Below are positions 38,247 to 48,394 of a stretch of 60,852 nucleotides of DNA, in pieces. The notes under the pieces are model-generated. The model ran no database searches, had not been told where the DNA came from, and worked only from the letters and a program-made list of their open reading frames with translations. A program made the translations under genes and the position numbers. Within the stretch, counting starts at the first letter, position 1. Each line of letters starts with the position of its first letter. The DNA is from Candidatus Zambryskibacteria bacterium RIFCSPLOWO2_02_FULL_39_26 (GTDB taxonomy: Bacteria > Patescibacteriota > Minisyncoccia > Phycocordibacterales > DATDWN01). Where the stretch lies: NCBI GenBank assembly GCA_001825395.1, contig MHWN01000025.1:1-60852 (forward strand), given 5' to 3'.

Positions 38247-39224
38247 TTACTCAACTTCTTCTACTGGTTCACCATTAAAATTCGCCATTGCTTCTAGGAT
38301 TGGTCCGATCCCACCCTCAAGAATTCTCTCAATGTTGTGCCAAGACTCCTTGATACGGTGGTCAGTGATGCGGTCTTGGAGAATGTTGTAGGTGCGAATT
38401 TTCTCCGACCGATCGGCTGTTCCGATTTGGGATTTTCTATCAGCTGAATGTTTTGAATCCTCCTCTGCATCTTTCTTGGCTTGAAGTTTTGCAATCAAAA
38501 TACTCATAGCCATTTCTTTGTTTTTAAGCTGACTTCTCTGCGCAGTAGAACGAACATCTATGCCTGTTGGTTTGTGAATTATTCGGACAGCAGTTTCAAC
38601 TTTGTTAACGTTTTGCCCGCCCGCACCTCCCGAACGAGATGTTTCTATTTCCAAATCACTTGGCTTAATTTCTATGTTTGTTTTCTTTCTGACAGGCAAA
38701 ACCGCGACTGTGGCGGTAGAAGTATGCACACGTCCAATCTTCTCCGTGGCTGGAACTCTCTGAATTCGATGGACACCTGTTTCAAATCTTAAATTTTTGT
38801 AAACATCTTTGCCCCGTATTTCAAACGAAGCTTCTTTGTAACCTCCCGCACTGCTTCGCGACTCATCCACCACCGCAACTCCCCAACCTTTGTTTTTTGC
38901 ATAAGTGGTGTACATATGAGCAAGTTCCTCGGCAAAAAGTGAGGCCTCCTCTCCCCCAGCACCAGCCCTGACTTCCAAAATTATTTCGTTTGTCCCGAGC
39001 CCGTCGAAGGATTCCTTTTCCTCACTGACTACAATCTCTTCCATCTGTTTCATTACCTCCTCCTTTTGCATCCGCAAGTCTTCTAGTTCCGAATGCGCCA
39101 AATCCCGTAGCGTCGGGTCGCTTTCTATCATTTTTAACGTCTCTCCTTCTTCTCGTTCCAGTTTTTGATAACTTTGAGCGAGGTAGGAGGTTTTTTGGTT
39201 TTGTAAAAATTTTTCTAAGTCCAT
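38247..39224 (-). CDS. prfA: Peptide chain release factor 1
   Basis: RVPATE (PxT) tripeptide motif, [12 protein letters not shown] (GGQ). Confidence 0.9.
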   Translation of the reverse strand: MDLEKFLQNQKTSYLAQSYQKLEREEGETLKMIESDPTLRDLAHSELEDLRMQKEEVMKQMEEIVVSEEKESFDGLGTNEIILEVRAGAGGEEASLFAEELAHMYTTYAKNKGWGVAVVDESRSSAGGYKEASFEIRGKDVYKNLRFETGVHRIQRVPATEKIGRVHTSTATVAVLPVRKKTNIEIKPSDLEIETSRSGGAGGQNVNKVETAVRIIHKPTGIDVRSTAQRSQLKNKEMAMSILIAKLQAKKDAEEDSKHSADRKSQIGTADRSEKIRTYNILQDRITDHRIKESWHNIERILEGGIGPILEAMANFNGEPVEEVE

Positions 39225-39228
39225 TATA

Positions 39229-39348
39229 GTAAATGTAAAATTTAAAAATCAAAGTGTAAAATGACAGATTAAAATTAAAAATTTAATTCATAATTTTACA
39301 CCTTACATTGTCATTTTGATTTTTGATGTTTACATTTTTAATTATATA
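39229..39348. repeat. AT-rich palindromic intergenic cassette, copy B
   Basis: Right arm acattgtcattttgatttttgatgtttacatttttaattatata. Starts 5 nt upstream of the prfA ATG. Confidence 0.75.
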
Positions 39349-39397
39349 ACTAAAAAATACAGCCGTATATTAACTGCAACGACGCAGATGGGATTAG

Positions 39398-39667
39398 TTA
39401 TTTACCTTTTTTAGCTTTGGCAACAGCTTGTCTAGCTCGGAACTTCTCCGCTCTACCAGCAGTATCTAGTGACTTTTCATTACCAGTATAGAAAGGATGT
39501 GAAGCGCTTGAAATTTCAAGTCGAAAAACTGGATAGTCTTTCTTATCTTCTTTTGCTTTAGCAGTCTCTTTTGTTTGAGCAGTAGACGCGATAATAAACT
39601 CGGCACCGTTAGAGTTGTCTACGAAAAGCACTGGTCTATAGTTTTGTGGATGTATTTCCTTTTTCAT
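39398..39667 (-). CDS. rpmE: 50S ribosomal protein L31 (type B, no CxxC)
   Basis: MKKEIHPQNY...HPFYTG. Confidence 0.9.
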   Translation of the reverse strand: MKKEIHPQNYRPVLFVDNSNGAEFIIASTAQTKETAKAKEDKKDYPVFRLEISSASHPFYTGNEKSLDTAGRAEKFRARQAVAKAKKGK

Positions 39668-39741
39668 ATTACGAATTATACGAATTTGATCGAATTTACG
39701 AACGGGCTCACTGTATCAAAATAGTATTATTTTTGCAAGAT

Positions 39742-40731
39742 TTAATTTTCACCCAAAATCTCTAGAAACTTCATCGCGTCTATGGAAATGTCCCAGATTC
39801 TTACGGTCAAATGCAGATGAGGATTTAGGGTGTAACCAGAATCTCCACTAAGTGCAATAATATCTCCCTTCTCTACCTTTTGTTCCAAAGTCACATTTAT
39901 TTTTGAGAGATGCATATAAACAGTCTGGAGTCCGGCGCCATGATCAATTATGACTGTACTGCCATAATTACGGAGACTACTTGCAAATTTCACTACACCG
40001 CGATTCATAGCATATACAGGAGTTCCCATGTCGGCTTTTAGGTCCGTACCTTTGTGAGGCATGGTGGTGGATTTACCGATAAGTCTTGTATACCCATAAT
40101 CGTCTGTCACAACGAGAGGTCCTTTTAAGGGCGAGCCAAATTTTTCGGTCCAGAGTTTTTTCCAGACAACGGGAAGGGCGTTAATAATCTTACCCTCTAG
40201 GGCAAGAGTAGAGACGAGCTCTTTCTCGCTCTCGTTTGTGTTCCCGCCGAGCTTGTCGGGAATATCAAAAGGTTTTCGGACTATTTGACGCTCTACTATG
40301 ACGAGATTTTCTTTTATTTGCCTGCCATCATTGAAGGTCAAAATAATAGGATATGTGTCGGGAACGGCACGCAACTCTACACCGAGAAGCGCTGACACCT
40401 GACCTTCGTGAAGAAATATAAATAACGGACGATCATCAAACGTAAAAGACTTTACATCTCTCGTGGTTGTCGCTCCTTCTGCTGTTATAAGTGCGGGATC
40501 ACCTTGGCGGACCATTTTCGGAGTAATAGTTAGGTAAGGTTTTGCTCTAGATTGGGTTTTGACTGGGGTTGTTGTCTCAAGAACTCCTTTATTCTCCTCG
40601 TTAAGGTTCCCGTTTGAATTGCCCATGACAAACCAAAATGCCGCCCCCAACAGGCCGAACAAAAACAGAAGGGCGGTCATCCAAAAAACTTTTTTATTTT
40701 TATATTTTTTTTGAGAAATAAGATATGTCAT
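39742..40731 (-). CDS. M23 family metallopeptidase (LytM-like), membrane-anchored
   Basis: HKGTDLKA..GTPVYA and GDSGYTLNPHLHL. Confidence 0.85.
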   Translation of the reverse strand: MTYLISQKKYKNKKVFWMTALLFLFGLLGAAFWFVMGNSNGNLNEENKGVLETTTPVKTQSRAKPYLTITPKMVRQGDPALITAEGATTTRDVKSFTFDDRPLFIFLHEGQVSALLGVELRAVPDTYPIILTFNDGRQIKENLVIVERQIVRKPFDIPDKLGGNTNESEKELVSTLALEGKIINALPVVWKKLWTEKFGSPLKGPLVVTDDYGYTRLIGKSTTMPHKGTDLKADMGTPVYAMNRGVVKFASSLRNYGSTVIIDHGAGLQTVYMHLSKINVTLEQKVEKGDIIALSGDSGYTLNPHLHLTVRIWDISIDAMKFLEILGEN

Positions 40732-40736
40732 AGTTT

Positions 40737-41921
40737 CTAAATTACCCTGTCAATTACAGCAACCGGCATCGGCTCTTTTTTTGCCCCCTTAATTTTTTGT
40801 ATGAATGGGTGCTCAATAAATCTGTAAGTTATTGCCGAAATAATAATAAGAAGAATAGCGGCTAAAAAGACAACAAGCCAATACGCCCATGGACTAAGAG
40901 ATGTTATGGGATATAAGCGATTTACACCATGCAGGACAAAATATAATATTATCCCATGTAACAAATAAATACTATAGCTAATAGTACTCAAAAATTTAGC
41001 TGCAGGAATTTTTAAAAGTCCGAAGAGATTGTTGCCATACACAAAACATAGAAAGACTAACATGCTGATGGCATATTGTGGATAGGAATAGGGTTTATAT
41101 TGAATAAGATAGACAGTTATTAAGCCAAGAAGAGGCAAAACTCCCGACCAAGGATATTTTTTAAATAAAGCTACGGTCGGATGATAATGGACAATGTAAG
41201 CGGCCAGTATCCCGAATAAAAATATGGCCCAGTATCCTCTGTCTGGTAATAAAAGAAATACGATTAAAACCCCGACTGAAACAACTTTGCCTAATTTATT
41301 CTTATACAAAAGAGCTATAAGAGGCAGGATAAGGTAGAAGGCCCATTCGTAGCGCAAAGTCCAATGTATGCCTGCATTAATAGGAATAATGTAATATCCA
41401 TTAAAGCTCACAATTGTTTTAAGCCCGAGAGTAAGCCAGTAAAAAATATCCCGGAAAAGTGCGCCTATTGAACTGACCTCAAAACCAGTATTAAAGAGAG
41501 CAACAAGTCCGACTATAAATCCGGCAAAAAGATATAAAGGAGCAAGCCGGAGTAGTCGGCTTTTATATAAACGAAACATTTCGGCACCGGGAGAATTTGC
41601 AAGTAGTTTGCCCCAGTAAAGAAAACTGGTAGTTATAAAAAATAAAATAACCGCTTCGCCACCTAAAAACCTGTAAAACCTGGCATCTGTAATTACCCAA
41701 ACGCCAGTTTGAAAAAACTCATAGTTTTGTACCGCGTGCTGAAAAAGTACGCCCATTGCAAGAAATCCTCGAAGACCATCGAGAGCCTCAAAGCGCTCAC
41801 TCTGCTCCGCTTCAACTATTTTACGAAAGAATTTTATTTTTTTAGCAAGAAAGGTGGCTAGAAAAATTATGGGAAGCATCACCGCGAAGTACCACCAAAT
41901 GCTCGTGAATTGCTGTTCCAT
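40737..41921 (-). CDS. Acyltransferase family 3 membrane protein
   Basis: ALDGLRGFLA..V...H N-terminal motif and about 10 TM helices. Confidence 0.8.
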   Translation of the reverse strand: MEQQFTSIWWYFAVMLPIIFLATFLAKKIKFFRKIVEAEQSERFEALDGLRGFLAMGVLFQHAVQNYEFFQTGVWVITDARFYRFLGGEAVILFFITTSFLYWGKLLANSPGAEMFRLYKSRLLRLAPLYLFAGFIVGLVALFNTGFEVSSIGALFRDIFYWLTLGLKTIVSFNGYYIIPINAGIHWTLRYEWAFYLILPLIALLYKNKLGKVVSVGVLIVFLLLPDRGYWAIFLFGILAAYIVHYHPTVALFKKYPWSGVLPLLGLITVYLIQYKPYSYPQYAISMLVFLCFVYGNNLFGLLKIPAAKFLSTISYSIYLLHGIILYFVLHGVNRLYPITSLSPWAYWLVVFLAAILLIIISAITYRFIEHPFIQKIKGAKKEPMPVAVIDRVI

Positions 41922-41928
41922 CTCGTTA

Positions 41929-43293
41929 TTAGAAGTTTAAAGGATCAATCATGTTAGTCTGGATGTCTTGGGCAATTTTCATGACACTGTCGCCGTAAAA
42001 AGCGTTGGGTGGCCGACGAGTGGACGAGCAGGACGAGCCGGAGTAATACTTGCAAGCGGCGTTGCGTTCGGCCGTATAAGAGCCCAAAACTGCCCCCAAA
42101 TCTTGTATGTAAATAGCCGTGGCTATGAATGCATGTTCCGGATTCCATGGGTCTGCTGAGTCAGCAAGAATCCCCAACATATTGCCAATTTTATTTTTAA
42201 ATAATTCCCAAGTTGAAGGTATAAATTGCGACGGCCCCATCCCCCCTCCGAACCCCCGACCAGAATAATATTTGGCTGAAGGTGGACAAGAAACCGGCGT
42301 GGTTTTCCAATCAAAGCCTAAGCGACTAGTGATGTCTTTGAATGGCACCGTGTCCCGCGGCGCCTTCATCACTTGCTCAAAAACCGTTCCGGTATTTTTA
42401 CCAACTCCGTCACCCGAATCAAGACTTGATAAAATACACGAGCCGACATTTTTACCCAAATTGCTTTCTTGAGTGAGAATGGCTAGAAGAAAAGCCGGCC
42501 GAGTTCCGGTTTTTGCTGCCGCCACTTGGGCGTAACGAAAGGCGTCGCCGAAAGGAATGGCCGCGCTGTCTCGGAGATTGAAAAGGGCCGCTCGTATTTG
42601 GGCCGCTCTCTTTTGTCTTTCAGCTAAAACTTCTTCATAGGTTTTTTCTTTAGTTTTATTAACAGTAATCAGGTACTGTTTTTCTTTTTCATTTTTTTCT
42701 ACCTGTTTTTTCCCCGCCTCAACTGCCATTTTTGTGTCTATCTCTTTTGTCTTGGCTTTATCCAATGCTTCTTTTTCTTTTTGAGTTAGGTCTTTGGTCG
42801 CTCTTATTTCTTCAAATAAATCTTGAAGGGATCTTTTTATGGCATTAAACGACTGGACATCTTCAAAAAAATCGGAAAGATTTTGGTTGCCTAAAACAAC
42901 CTCCACCAAAGAAGATTCGTTAATCTCGTTTGTTTTGCGGATAAGTTGGGCCAAGGACTCATGACCTTTTTCAATCCTAGCTTCAAGTTCTCCGATTCTG
43001 ACGATTTTAATATTGATGTCTTTGCCAAGCTGGGCGATATTTATATTTCTCTGTTTTATCAGAGCTTGAGCTTGTTTTATTTTGGCGTTCAAAACAGCCG
43101 CTTCTTGTTGAAGTGATTTGGTATCGGCTTTGGTACTATCGAGTATGGCCTGCCACTCGGCTATGTCCTTTTCTGTCTGTGCCAGTTCGGCTCGCCAGAT
43201 GGCTTCCTGTTCAACATCTGATATGGCCAGGACAGTGGCGGTATTTAAGGTAAAAAACCCGATTACAAACAATAAAAATAACCATTTCCGCAT
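41929..43293 (-). CDS. Lytic transglycosylase (SLT_2/MltB-like) with a long N-terminal coiled coil
   Basis: LAILTQESNLG (catalytic Glu) and GGGMGPSQFIPSTW. Start placed at MRKWLFLLF. Confidence 0.75.
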   Translation of the reverse strand: MRKWLFLLFVIGFFTLNTATVLAISDVEQEAIWRAELAQTEKDIAEWQAILDSTKADTKSLQQEAAVLNAKIKQAQALIKQRNINIAQLGKDINIKIVRIGELEARIEKGHESLAQLIRKTNEINESSLVEVVLGNQNLSDFFEDVQSFNAIKRSLQDLFEEIRATKDLTQKEKEALDKAKTKEIDTKMAVEAGKKQVEKNEKEKQYLITVNKTKEKTYEEVLAERQKRAAQIRAALFNLRDSAAIPFGDAFRYAQVAAAKTGTRPAFLLAILTQESNLGKNVGSCILSSLDSGDGVGKNTGTVFEQVMKAPRDTVPFKDITSRLGFDWKTTPVSCPPSAKYYSGRGFGGGMGPSQFIPSTWELFKNKIGNMLGILADSADPWNPEHAFIATAIYIQDLGAVLGSYTAERNAACKYYSGSSCSSTRRPPNAFYGDSVMKIAQDIQTNMIDPLNF

Positions 43294-43342
43294 AAGTTTA
43301 TTATACCAAATATGACGAAGGAGTGACAATAAAATTACAACA

Positions 43343-43458
43343 AAGTCTTGTCGTGGTCATGTATATTTTGGAGACTTCGCAGGCGGGTAGCCGAGAGAGA
43401 GCAAAATTTCAGCAGAAATTTATGCGCGCTCCAAAATATATGTGACGAGACAAGACTC
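43343..43458. repeat. GGAGACTTCGCAGG-type palindromic repeat
   Basis: Long arms aagtcttgtcgtggtcatgtatattttggag and ctccaaaatatatgtgacgagacaagactc. Ends 2 nt from the rplY stop. Confidence 0.75.
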
Positions 43459-43459
43459 G

Positions 43460-44137
43460 TTATTTTGCTGGTTTTGCTTCCTTTTTTGGTTCAGGAGCGG
43501 GAGCCTCTGGAGCTACTCCTTCCTCCTCTTTCTTGCCTTTCTTCTCAACTTCAATAGCTGAAAGATCAACTGGGACCTCTTCCACTTCCTCTTCTTTTGG
43601 TTTGGCGCCAGAAGCTACCACTTCTGTAGGTAGTTCAATAAGAGTTACACCATCGGGCATTATAAGATCACCTGCCAAAATTTTACTATCAAAATCAACT
43701 AGGGCTGAAATATCTACTGTAATATCGTGAGGAATATGTTGTGGGTCAGCAGAAATTTTAATTTCATGGAGAGCCTTGACCACACTTCCACCTAAATCTT
43801 TTGCCACAAGAGCTACCCCAACGAAAACCAAAGGCACATCAAGTTCAATTTTCTTTCCTTTTTCAAACACATAGAAGTCAGCGTGGCAAGGAATATCTGT
43901 CACTGGATCAAGGTCAACAGCTTTTATCAAAGTATCCACGGAGTCCTTTGGAGTTTTTATTGTCACTACTGAAGACTCGCCGGCTTTGTGCCACGCTTTT
44001 ATAAATTCTTTAAGAGAAATGGAGACAGGTGTGGACTCCGTTTTCTTGCCGTAAAAAACAGCAGGTATTTTACCTTCTTTTCGAAGTGTTTCTAGACCTA
44101 TTGCTTTATCTCGTGCTTCCGCTTCCAAAATTAACAT
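43460..44137 (-). CDS. rplY: 50S ribosomal protein L25/Ctc with an acidic/lysine-rich tail
   Basis: LRKEGKIPAVFYGKK. Start placed at MLILEAEAR; earlier Met codons are possible. Confidence 0.85.
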   Translation of the reverse strand: MLILEAEARDKAIGLETLRKEGKIPAVFYGKKTESTPVSISLKEFIKAWHKAGESSVVTIKTPKDSVDTLIKAVDLDPVTDIPCHADFYVFEKGKKIELDVPLVFVGVALVAKDLGGSVVKALHEIKISADPQHIPHDITVDISALVDFDSKILAGDLIMPDGVTLIELPTEVVASGAKPKEEEVEEVPVDLSAIEVEKKGKKEEEGVAPEAPAPEPKKEAKPAK

Positions 44138-44343
44138 CCAGGTAGTAGAAAATGACATTGCCCTAAGAGCAGAATGTTGTTTCAATATTATATGTTTTTA
44201 ATTTCGACTTTATCATTTTTTCAAACCAGTAGATTGTTCAGATGTCATTTTCACTACTGGATAGTCCTGTAGTGAGCTACGCTCTACTACTGGGACATTC
44301 CGCTAGTATATAGAAAAGAGAGAGAAAAATCAACTACTGTAAG

Positions 44344-44465
44344 AAAAATCTCTTCCTCGGCACAACCTTTTTAGGGCACGCATAAAATCAGGACTTGATT
44401 TTTGCTCGCTCTCGGCTTGTCAGCCTGCGAGAGTCCCTAAAAAGATTATGCGCTCGACGAGATTT
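44344..44465. repeat. GGAGACTTCGCAGG-type palindromic repeat (opposite orientation)
   Basis: tttttagggcacgcataaaatcagg...cagcctgcgagagtccctaaaaag aligns with the reverse complement of 43343..43458. Confidence 0.7.
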
Positions 44466-44507
44466 ATAGTGGAAAATAGCCATTAAAATAAGAGTTATGG
44501 TGCCACT

Positions 44508-44714
44508 AACAAAATCTTGTTGAGTCATTATTTTTTCTAGTATCTACGGAACCTGTGAAAAGGTGAGTGAGAAGTTGTGTTACAACTTTGCAAGACCTTG
44601 AACATCTGTAATCAGATGTGAAAGGTGTACAGTTCCTGTAAGGAAGAAAGAAAATTTTGAGCACAAAATTATTCTGTTACTAGAAAAAATAATGGCGAAA
44701 AAGAGATTTTGTGT
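44508..44714 (-). repeat. Stop-adjacent structured repeat, full-length copy 2
   Basis: A run of about 110 nt, from gcaagaccttgaacatctg to ctagaaaaaat, is nearly identical to copy 1 (one difference seen). Ends 2 nt from the fba stop. Confidence 0.8.
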
Positions 44715-44716
44715 CG

Positions 44717-45589
44717 CTAAAGATTATTGAAAAATTTAAGTTTTGAAGTTACTACATCCTGCACCGCTTTGACTCCGGGTTTTAAAAACTTATACGGAGC
44801 AACTTCTTCTGGATCCTCCTGGAGAGATTTTTTGACTGCGTCTCTGTAAGCCACACGAATTTCTGTATTTATATGAACGATGGAGATTCCGTTTGCGATG
44901 GCTTTCTTGAAATCATCTTCGGAATTTCCCGATCCACCGTGCAAAACAAGTGGGATGCCAACCGCACTACTTATTTGTTTTACCTTTTCAATATTTAGTT
45001 TTGGATCAACGCCACTGCGAAGCACGCCGTGAAAGTTCCCCACTGCTGGCGCGAGCATGTCCACCCCGGTCAGTTCCACAAACTCTTTGGCTTTTGCTGG
45101 GTCAGTCAGCGATTTTTCTGAAAGATCCACTCCTTCCGGAATTGCATCCAAAATCTTTGACGATGTTCCAATAAAACCGAGCTCCCCTTCTACTAAAACC
45201 TCTCGCCCACAATTTCGAGCATACTTCACACACTGTTTTGCAATTTTAATATTTTCTTCAAAAGAAAGTTTTGCTCCGTCAAAAATTACAGAATCAAAAC
45301 CAGCATCTATAGCTTCTTTCACCCTATCAAATGAGTAAGTGTGGTCTGCGTTTAGGAAAATCGGGTACTGAAACTCTTCTCGGATACTTTTGACCAGTGC
45401 CACAACTTGCCTCACTCCTACAAAATCCCTCTCTCCCTCTGAAACCCCGATAATTACTGGTACGTTAAGTGACTGCGCCGCTTTGAAAATCCCCCACAAA
45501 GACTCCACATTAGAAATATTGAAATGCCCAATAGCCACTTTTCTCTCTCGAGCTTCAGCTATACATTCTCTCAACGTTTTCATCTTCAT
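44717..45589 (-). CDS. fba: Class II fructose-bisphosphate aldolase
   Basis: HFNISN, LNADH, LVLHGGSG and HINTE motifs. Confidence 0.9.
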   Translation of the reverse strand: MKMKTLRECIAEARERKVAIGHFNISNVESLWGIFKAAQSLNVPVIIGVSEGERDFVGVRQVVALVKSIREEFQYPIFLNADHTYSFDRVKEAIDAGFDSVIFDGAKLSFEENIKIAKQCVKYARNCGREVLVEGELGFIGTSSKILDAIPEGVDLSEKSLTDPAKAKEFVELTGVDMLAPAVGNFHGVLRSGVDPKLNIEKVKQISSAVGIPLVLHGGSGNSEDDFKKAIANGISIVHINTEIRVAYRDAVKKSLQEDPEEVAPYKFLKPGVKAVQDVVTSKLKFFNNL

Positions 45590-45670
45590 AATTATACCAT
45601 AAAAAGAAATCCAACTAGTAATCCTAATGGCTGTTAGTAATTTTAATATCCATTTATATAATCCATAAAT

Positions 45671-45702
45671 AGTTAACCTTACAGTATACTGTAAGGTTAA
45701 CT
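45671..45702. promoter_or_regulatory. 32-bp perfect palindrome agttaaccttacagta|tactgtaaggttaact
   Basis: Overlaps the stop of the TrpR-like gene and lies about 80 nt upstream of the fba start. Confidence 0.75.
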
Positions 45703-46139
45703 TAAGAGGTTTTTAGTATTTTTCTGTGGTACTTTCTATCAATATCATCTAGCCAAGACAATCTCTTCTTCCCGAGTTTTTTTGAAACACCGTCACGAAC
45801 CATCTGCTCAAAAATATTCCATATACTTCTGGAATTATTTTTTAGAATATTTGAAATATATGGATATTTTCCTATTTCGTATTTTAAGGAAATTTTGTTT
45901 ATTGTTGTTGGGCTTAACAATAATACTTCCGCTATATAAGCATCTGAAACTCCTTCATATAACATACAAATTACAGCTAGTCTTTTTGCAAACATAACTT
46001 TTTCTGTGTCTGTTAATAATTCTCGAAGAAAGATGTCGCTCTTCCTAGCAGTGCCAGCCGTATCAAAAACTGATATTAATTGATCGTATATTTTTTCAAA
46101 ATATTTATCATCTAGTTTTTTGCTTGAGATATGTGGCAT
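45702..46139 (-). CDS. TrpR-related YerC/YecD-family DNA-binding protein
   Basis: LLTDTEKVMFAKRLAVICMLYEGVSDAYIAEVLLLSPTTINKIS (HTH). Confidence 0.7.
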   Translation of the reverse strand: MPHISSKKLDDKYFEKIYDQLISVFDTAGTARKSDIFLRELLTDTEKVMFAKRLAVICMLYEGVSDAYIAEVLLLSPTTINKISLKYEIGKYPYISNILKNNSRSIWNIFEQMVRDGVSKKLGKKRLSWLDDIDRKYHRKILKTS

Positions 46140-46158
46140 ATTTTTTATTTCGATTACA

Positions 46159-46190
46159 ACTTAACCTTACAGTATACTGTAAGATTAAGT
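46159..46190. promoter_or_regulatory. Second copy of the palindrome (one mismatch), in the divergent region between the TrpR-like gene and the PfkB kinase
   Basis: acttaaccttacagtatactgtaagattaagt. Confidence 0.75.
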
Positions 46191-46239
46191 TTATTGTATA
46201 AAATAACAACAAAAGTGTAAAGTTTGTTATAATGTTAAG

Positions 46240-47232
46240 ATGAAGAAAATAGATATACTTTCGATTGGTGACTTGGTGATTGACGCTTTTATTAAACTGG
46301 AAGATGCTACTATTAATTGCGATATTGATAAACAAAACTGCAAATTGTGTGTGAGCTTTGGGGACAAAGTTCCATATGAATCAGTTGAGGTTTGTACTGC
46401 TGTAGGAAATGGGCCGAATGCTTCTGTTTCAGCCGCCAGACTCGGACTTTCTTCGGCTCTTTTTTCTTACGTTGGAGAAGATGCTAACGGTAAAGATTGT
46501 TTGAAAGAATTGCAAAAAAACAGAGTGGACACGCGCTATGTCCACATGGAGACGGGAAAGAAAACCAACTACCACTATGTCCTTTGGTACGATGTGGACC
46601 GCACCATACTTATAAAACACGAGGAATTTTCATATAATTTGGGGGAAATTGACAAACCAAAGTGGATTTATTTGAGTTCTTTAAGTCAGCACTCGGTCGG
46701 TTTTCATAAACATATAGAAAATTATTTGGAAAAAAATCCCGAGGTTAAACTGGCTTTCCAACCCGGAACTTTTCAAATAAAAATGGGGATTAAGGCTTTA
46801 AGTAAAATTTATAAAAATACCGAAATATTTTTTTGCAATGTGGAGGAGGCACAGAGAATTTTGAATATTGCCTCCCGCGACTTGCCGACACTACTTAAGT
46901 CAGTAGCCAAACTTGGCCCGAAAATTGTAGTGATAACAGATGGATTCGCCGGCGCCTACGCTTATGATTCAAAAAGTAATTCTTCCTGGCTTATTCCGAT
47001 TTATCCGCACACGCCGTTTGAGCGGACGGGAGCGGGAGATGCTTTTTCTTCCACCATCGTGACCGCTTTGGCTTTAGGCAAGTCTCTGGAAGAAGCCCTT
47101 TTATGGGGACCGGTTAATTCAATGTCTGTGGTACTACAAGTCGGCGCTCAAAAAGGGCTCCTGTCACGCGAGAAATTGGAAGAACACCTCAAAAAAGCTC
47201 CGAGGAGTTTTAAATTAGAAAAATTAAACTAG
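46240..47232 (+). CDS. PfkB-family carbohydrate kinase
   Basis: Ribokinase-like fold with C-terminal TGAGDAFSS. Confidence 0.85.
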   Translation: MKKIDILSIGDLVIDAFIKLEDATINCDIDKQNCKLCVSFGDKVPYESVEVCTAVGNGPNASVSAARLGLSSALFSYVGEDANGKDCLKELQKNRVDTRYVHMETGKKTNYHYVLWYDVDRTILIKHEEFSYNLGEIDKPKWIYLSSLSQHSVGFHKHIENYLEKNPEVKLAFQPGTFQIKMGIKALSKIYKNTEIFFCNVEEAQRILNIASRDLPTLLKSVAKLGPKIVVITDGFAGAYAYDSKSNSSWLIPIYPHTPFERTGAGDAFSSTIVTALALGKSLEEALLWGPVNSMSVVLQVGAQKGLLSREKLEEHLKKAPRSFKLEKLN

Positions 47233-48227
47233 GACTTGCGCTCAATCACTCTTTTGCAGGCTTTGAGAATATGACTTTCGCCCATTCCGTAATGTTCCAA
47301 AAGTTCTTCCGGTCTGCCCGACTGGCCGAATTTGTCTTGGATACCGATAAATTCAATCGGTACCGGGAAATTTTGGGACAAAACTTCAGCAACCGCTCCG
47401 CCGAGACCGCCGATGATTTGATGTTCCTCAACTGTAACAATTGTGCCTGTAGTTTTTGCAAGACTGACTAACGCTTCTACATCAATTGGTTTTATCGTAG
47501 CGACATTTAAAACTTTAGCAGATATATTTTCAGCTTTCAAAGTTTCGGCCACTTTTAAAGCTTTGTACAAAAGAGCCCCGGTAGCCACAATACCAACATC
47601 AGTTTTTTCTTTTTCCTCGCCGTAATATAGTTGTGCTTTTCCTACTTCAAAAGGCGTATCGTCTGTTGTAATTACCGGCGTGGCTTCCCGTGCCAAGCGG
47701 ATGTAGGTCGGTTTTCCAAGACCTGCCGCGGCAACTGTGGCTTTGCGAGCTTCTATGGCGTCGCATGGTGAAATGACAATCATGTTTGGGATAACGCGGG
47801 CTAAAGCAATGTCTTCAATAGCCTGATGGGTCCCACCGTCAGCACCGACGGAAACTCCGGCATGCGACCCAGCGATTATGACCGGTCTATCATTGTAGCA
47901 AATGGTTGTGCGAATTTGTTCCCAATTACGACCAGGAGAAAACATGGCGTAACTTGAAATATACGGGATTTTGCCCATGGCGGCCATGCCACTTGCTACA
48001 GAAGCCATGTTTTGTTCCGCTACCCCCATTTCCACAAACCGTTCCGGAAATTTATCGCGGAAAAGATTCATGGTTGTTGAAACAGTCAAATCGGAGCACA
48101 GCCCAACTACTTGCGGATTTTTTTCTCCGGCAATGACTAAACCATCGCCAAAACCTTTGCGGATTGGAATTTCTTCCACTTTTTTATCAAATAATTTCGG
48201 ATTTAATTTTTGGGATTGATTTATCAT
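47229..48227 (-). CDS. tkt: Transketolase, C-terminal (pyrimidine-binding and C-terminal) subunit
   Basis: RKGFGDGL, FVEMGVAEQNM and EDIALAR. Start placed at MINQSQ, outside the repeat. Confidence 0.9.
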   Translation of the reverse strand: MINQSQKLNPKLFDKKVEEIPIRKGFGDGLVIAGEKNPQVVGLCSDLTVSTTMNLFRDKFPERFVEMGVAEQNMASVASGMAAMGKIPYISSYAMFSPGRNWEQIRTTICYNDRPVIIAGSHAGVSVGADGGTHQAIEDIALARVIPNMIVISPCDAIEARKATVAAAGLGKPTYIRLAREATPVITTDDTPFEVGKAQLYYGEEKEKTDVGIVATGALLYKALKVAETLKAENISAKVLNVATIKPIDVEALVSLAKTTGTIVTVEEHQIIGGLGGAVAEVLSQNFPVPIEFIGIQDKFGQSGRPEELLEHYGMGESHILKACKRVIERKS

Positions 48228-48253
48228 GTTATTAAATTTCGTTGAATCGTATT

Positions 48254-48370
48254 TTTTCCGAAGCATCCGCAGGTCTCTAGCATGGTTCTGTCAAGGCACC
48301 CCTTCTTGACAGATAGAGACCGAGGACTAGAACAAACTTTTCGCTGGAAAAGTTTGTGTCTTCGGAAAAG
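48254..48370. repeat. Palindromic repeat separating the two transketolase subunit genes
   Basis: ttttccgaagc...gtcttcggaaaa outer stem; inner hairpins ctgtcaag...cttgacag and caaacttttc...gaaaagtttg. Confidence 0.65.
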
Positions 48371-48394
48371 ATATGATAAAAAAGAAATTTTTTA

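Noticed and set aside
43348-43557. 69-aa ORF on the plus strand.
   Set aside because: It starts inside the palindromic repeat and runs antisense into rplY.
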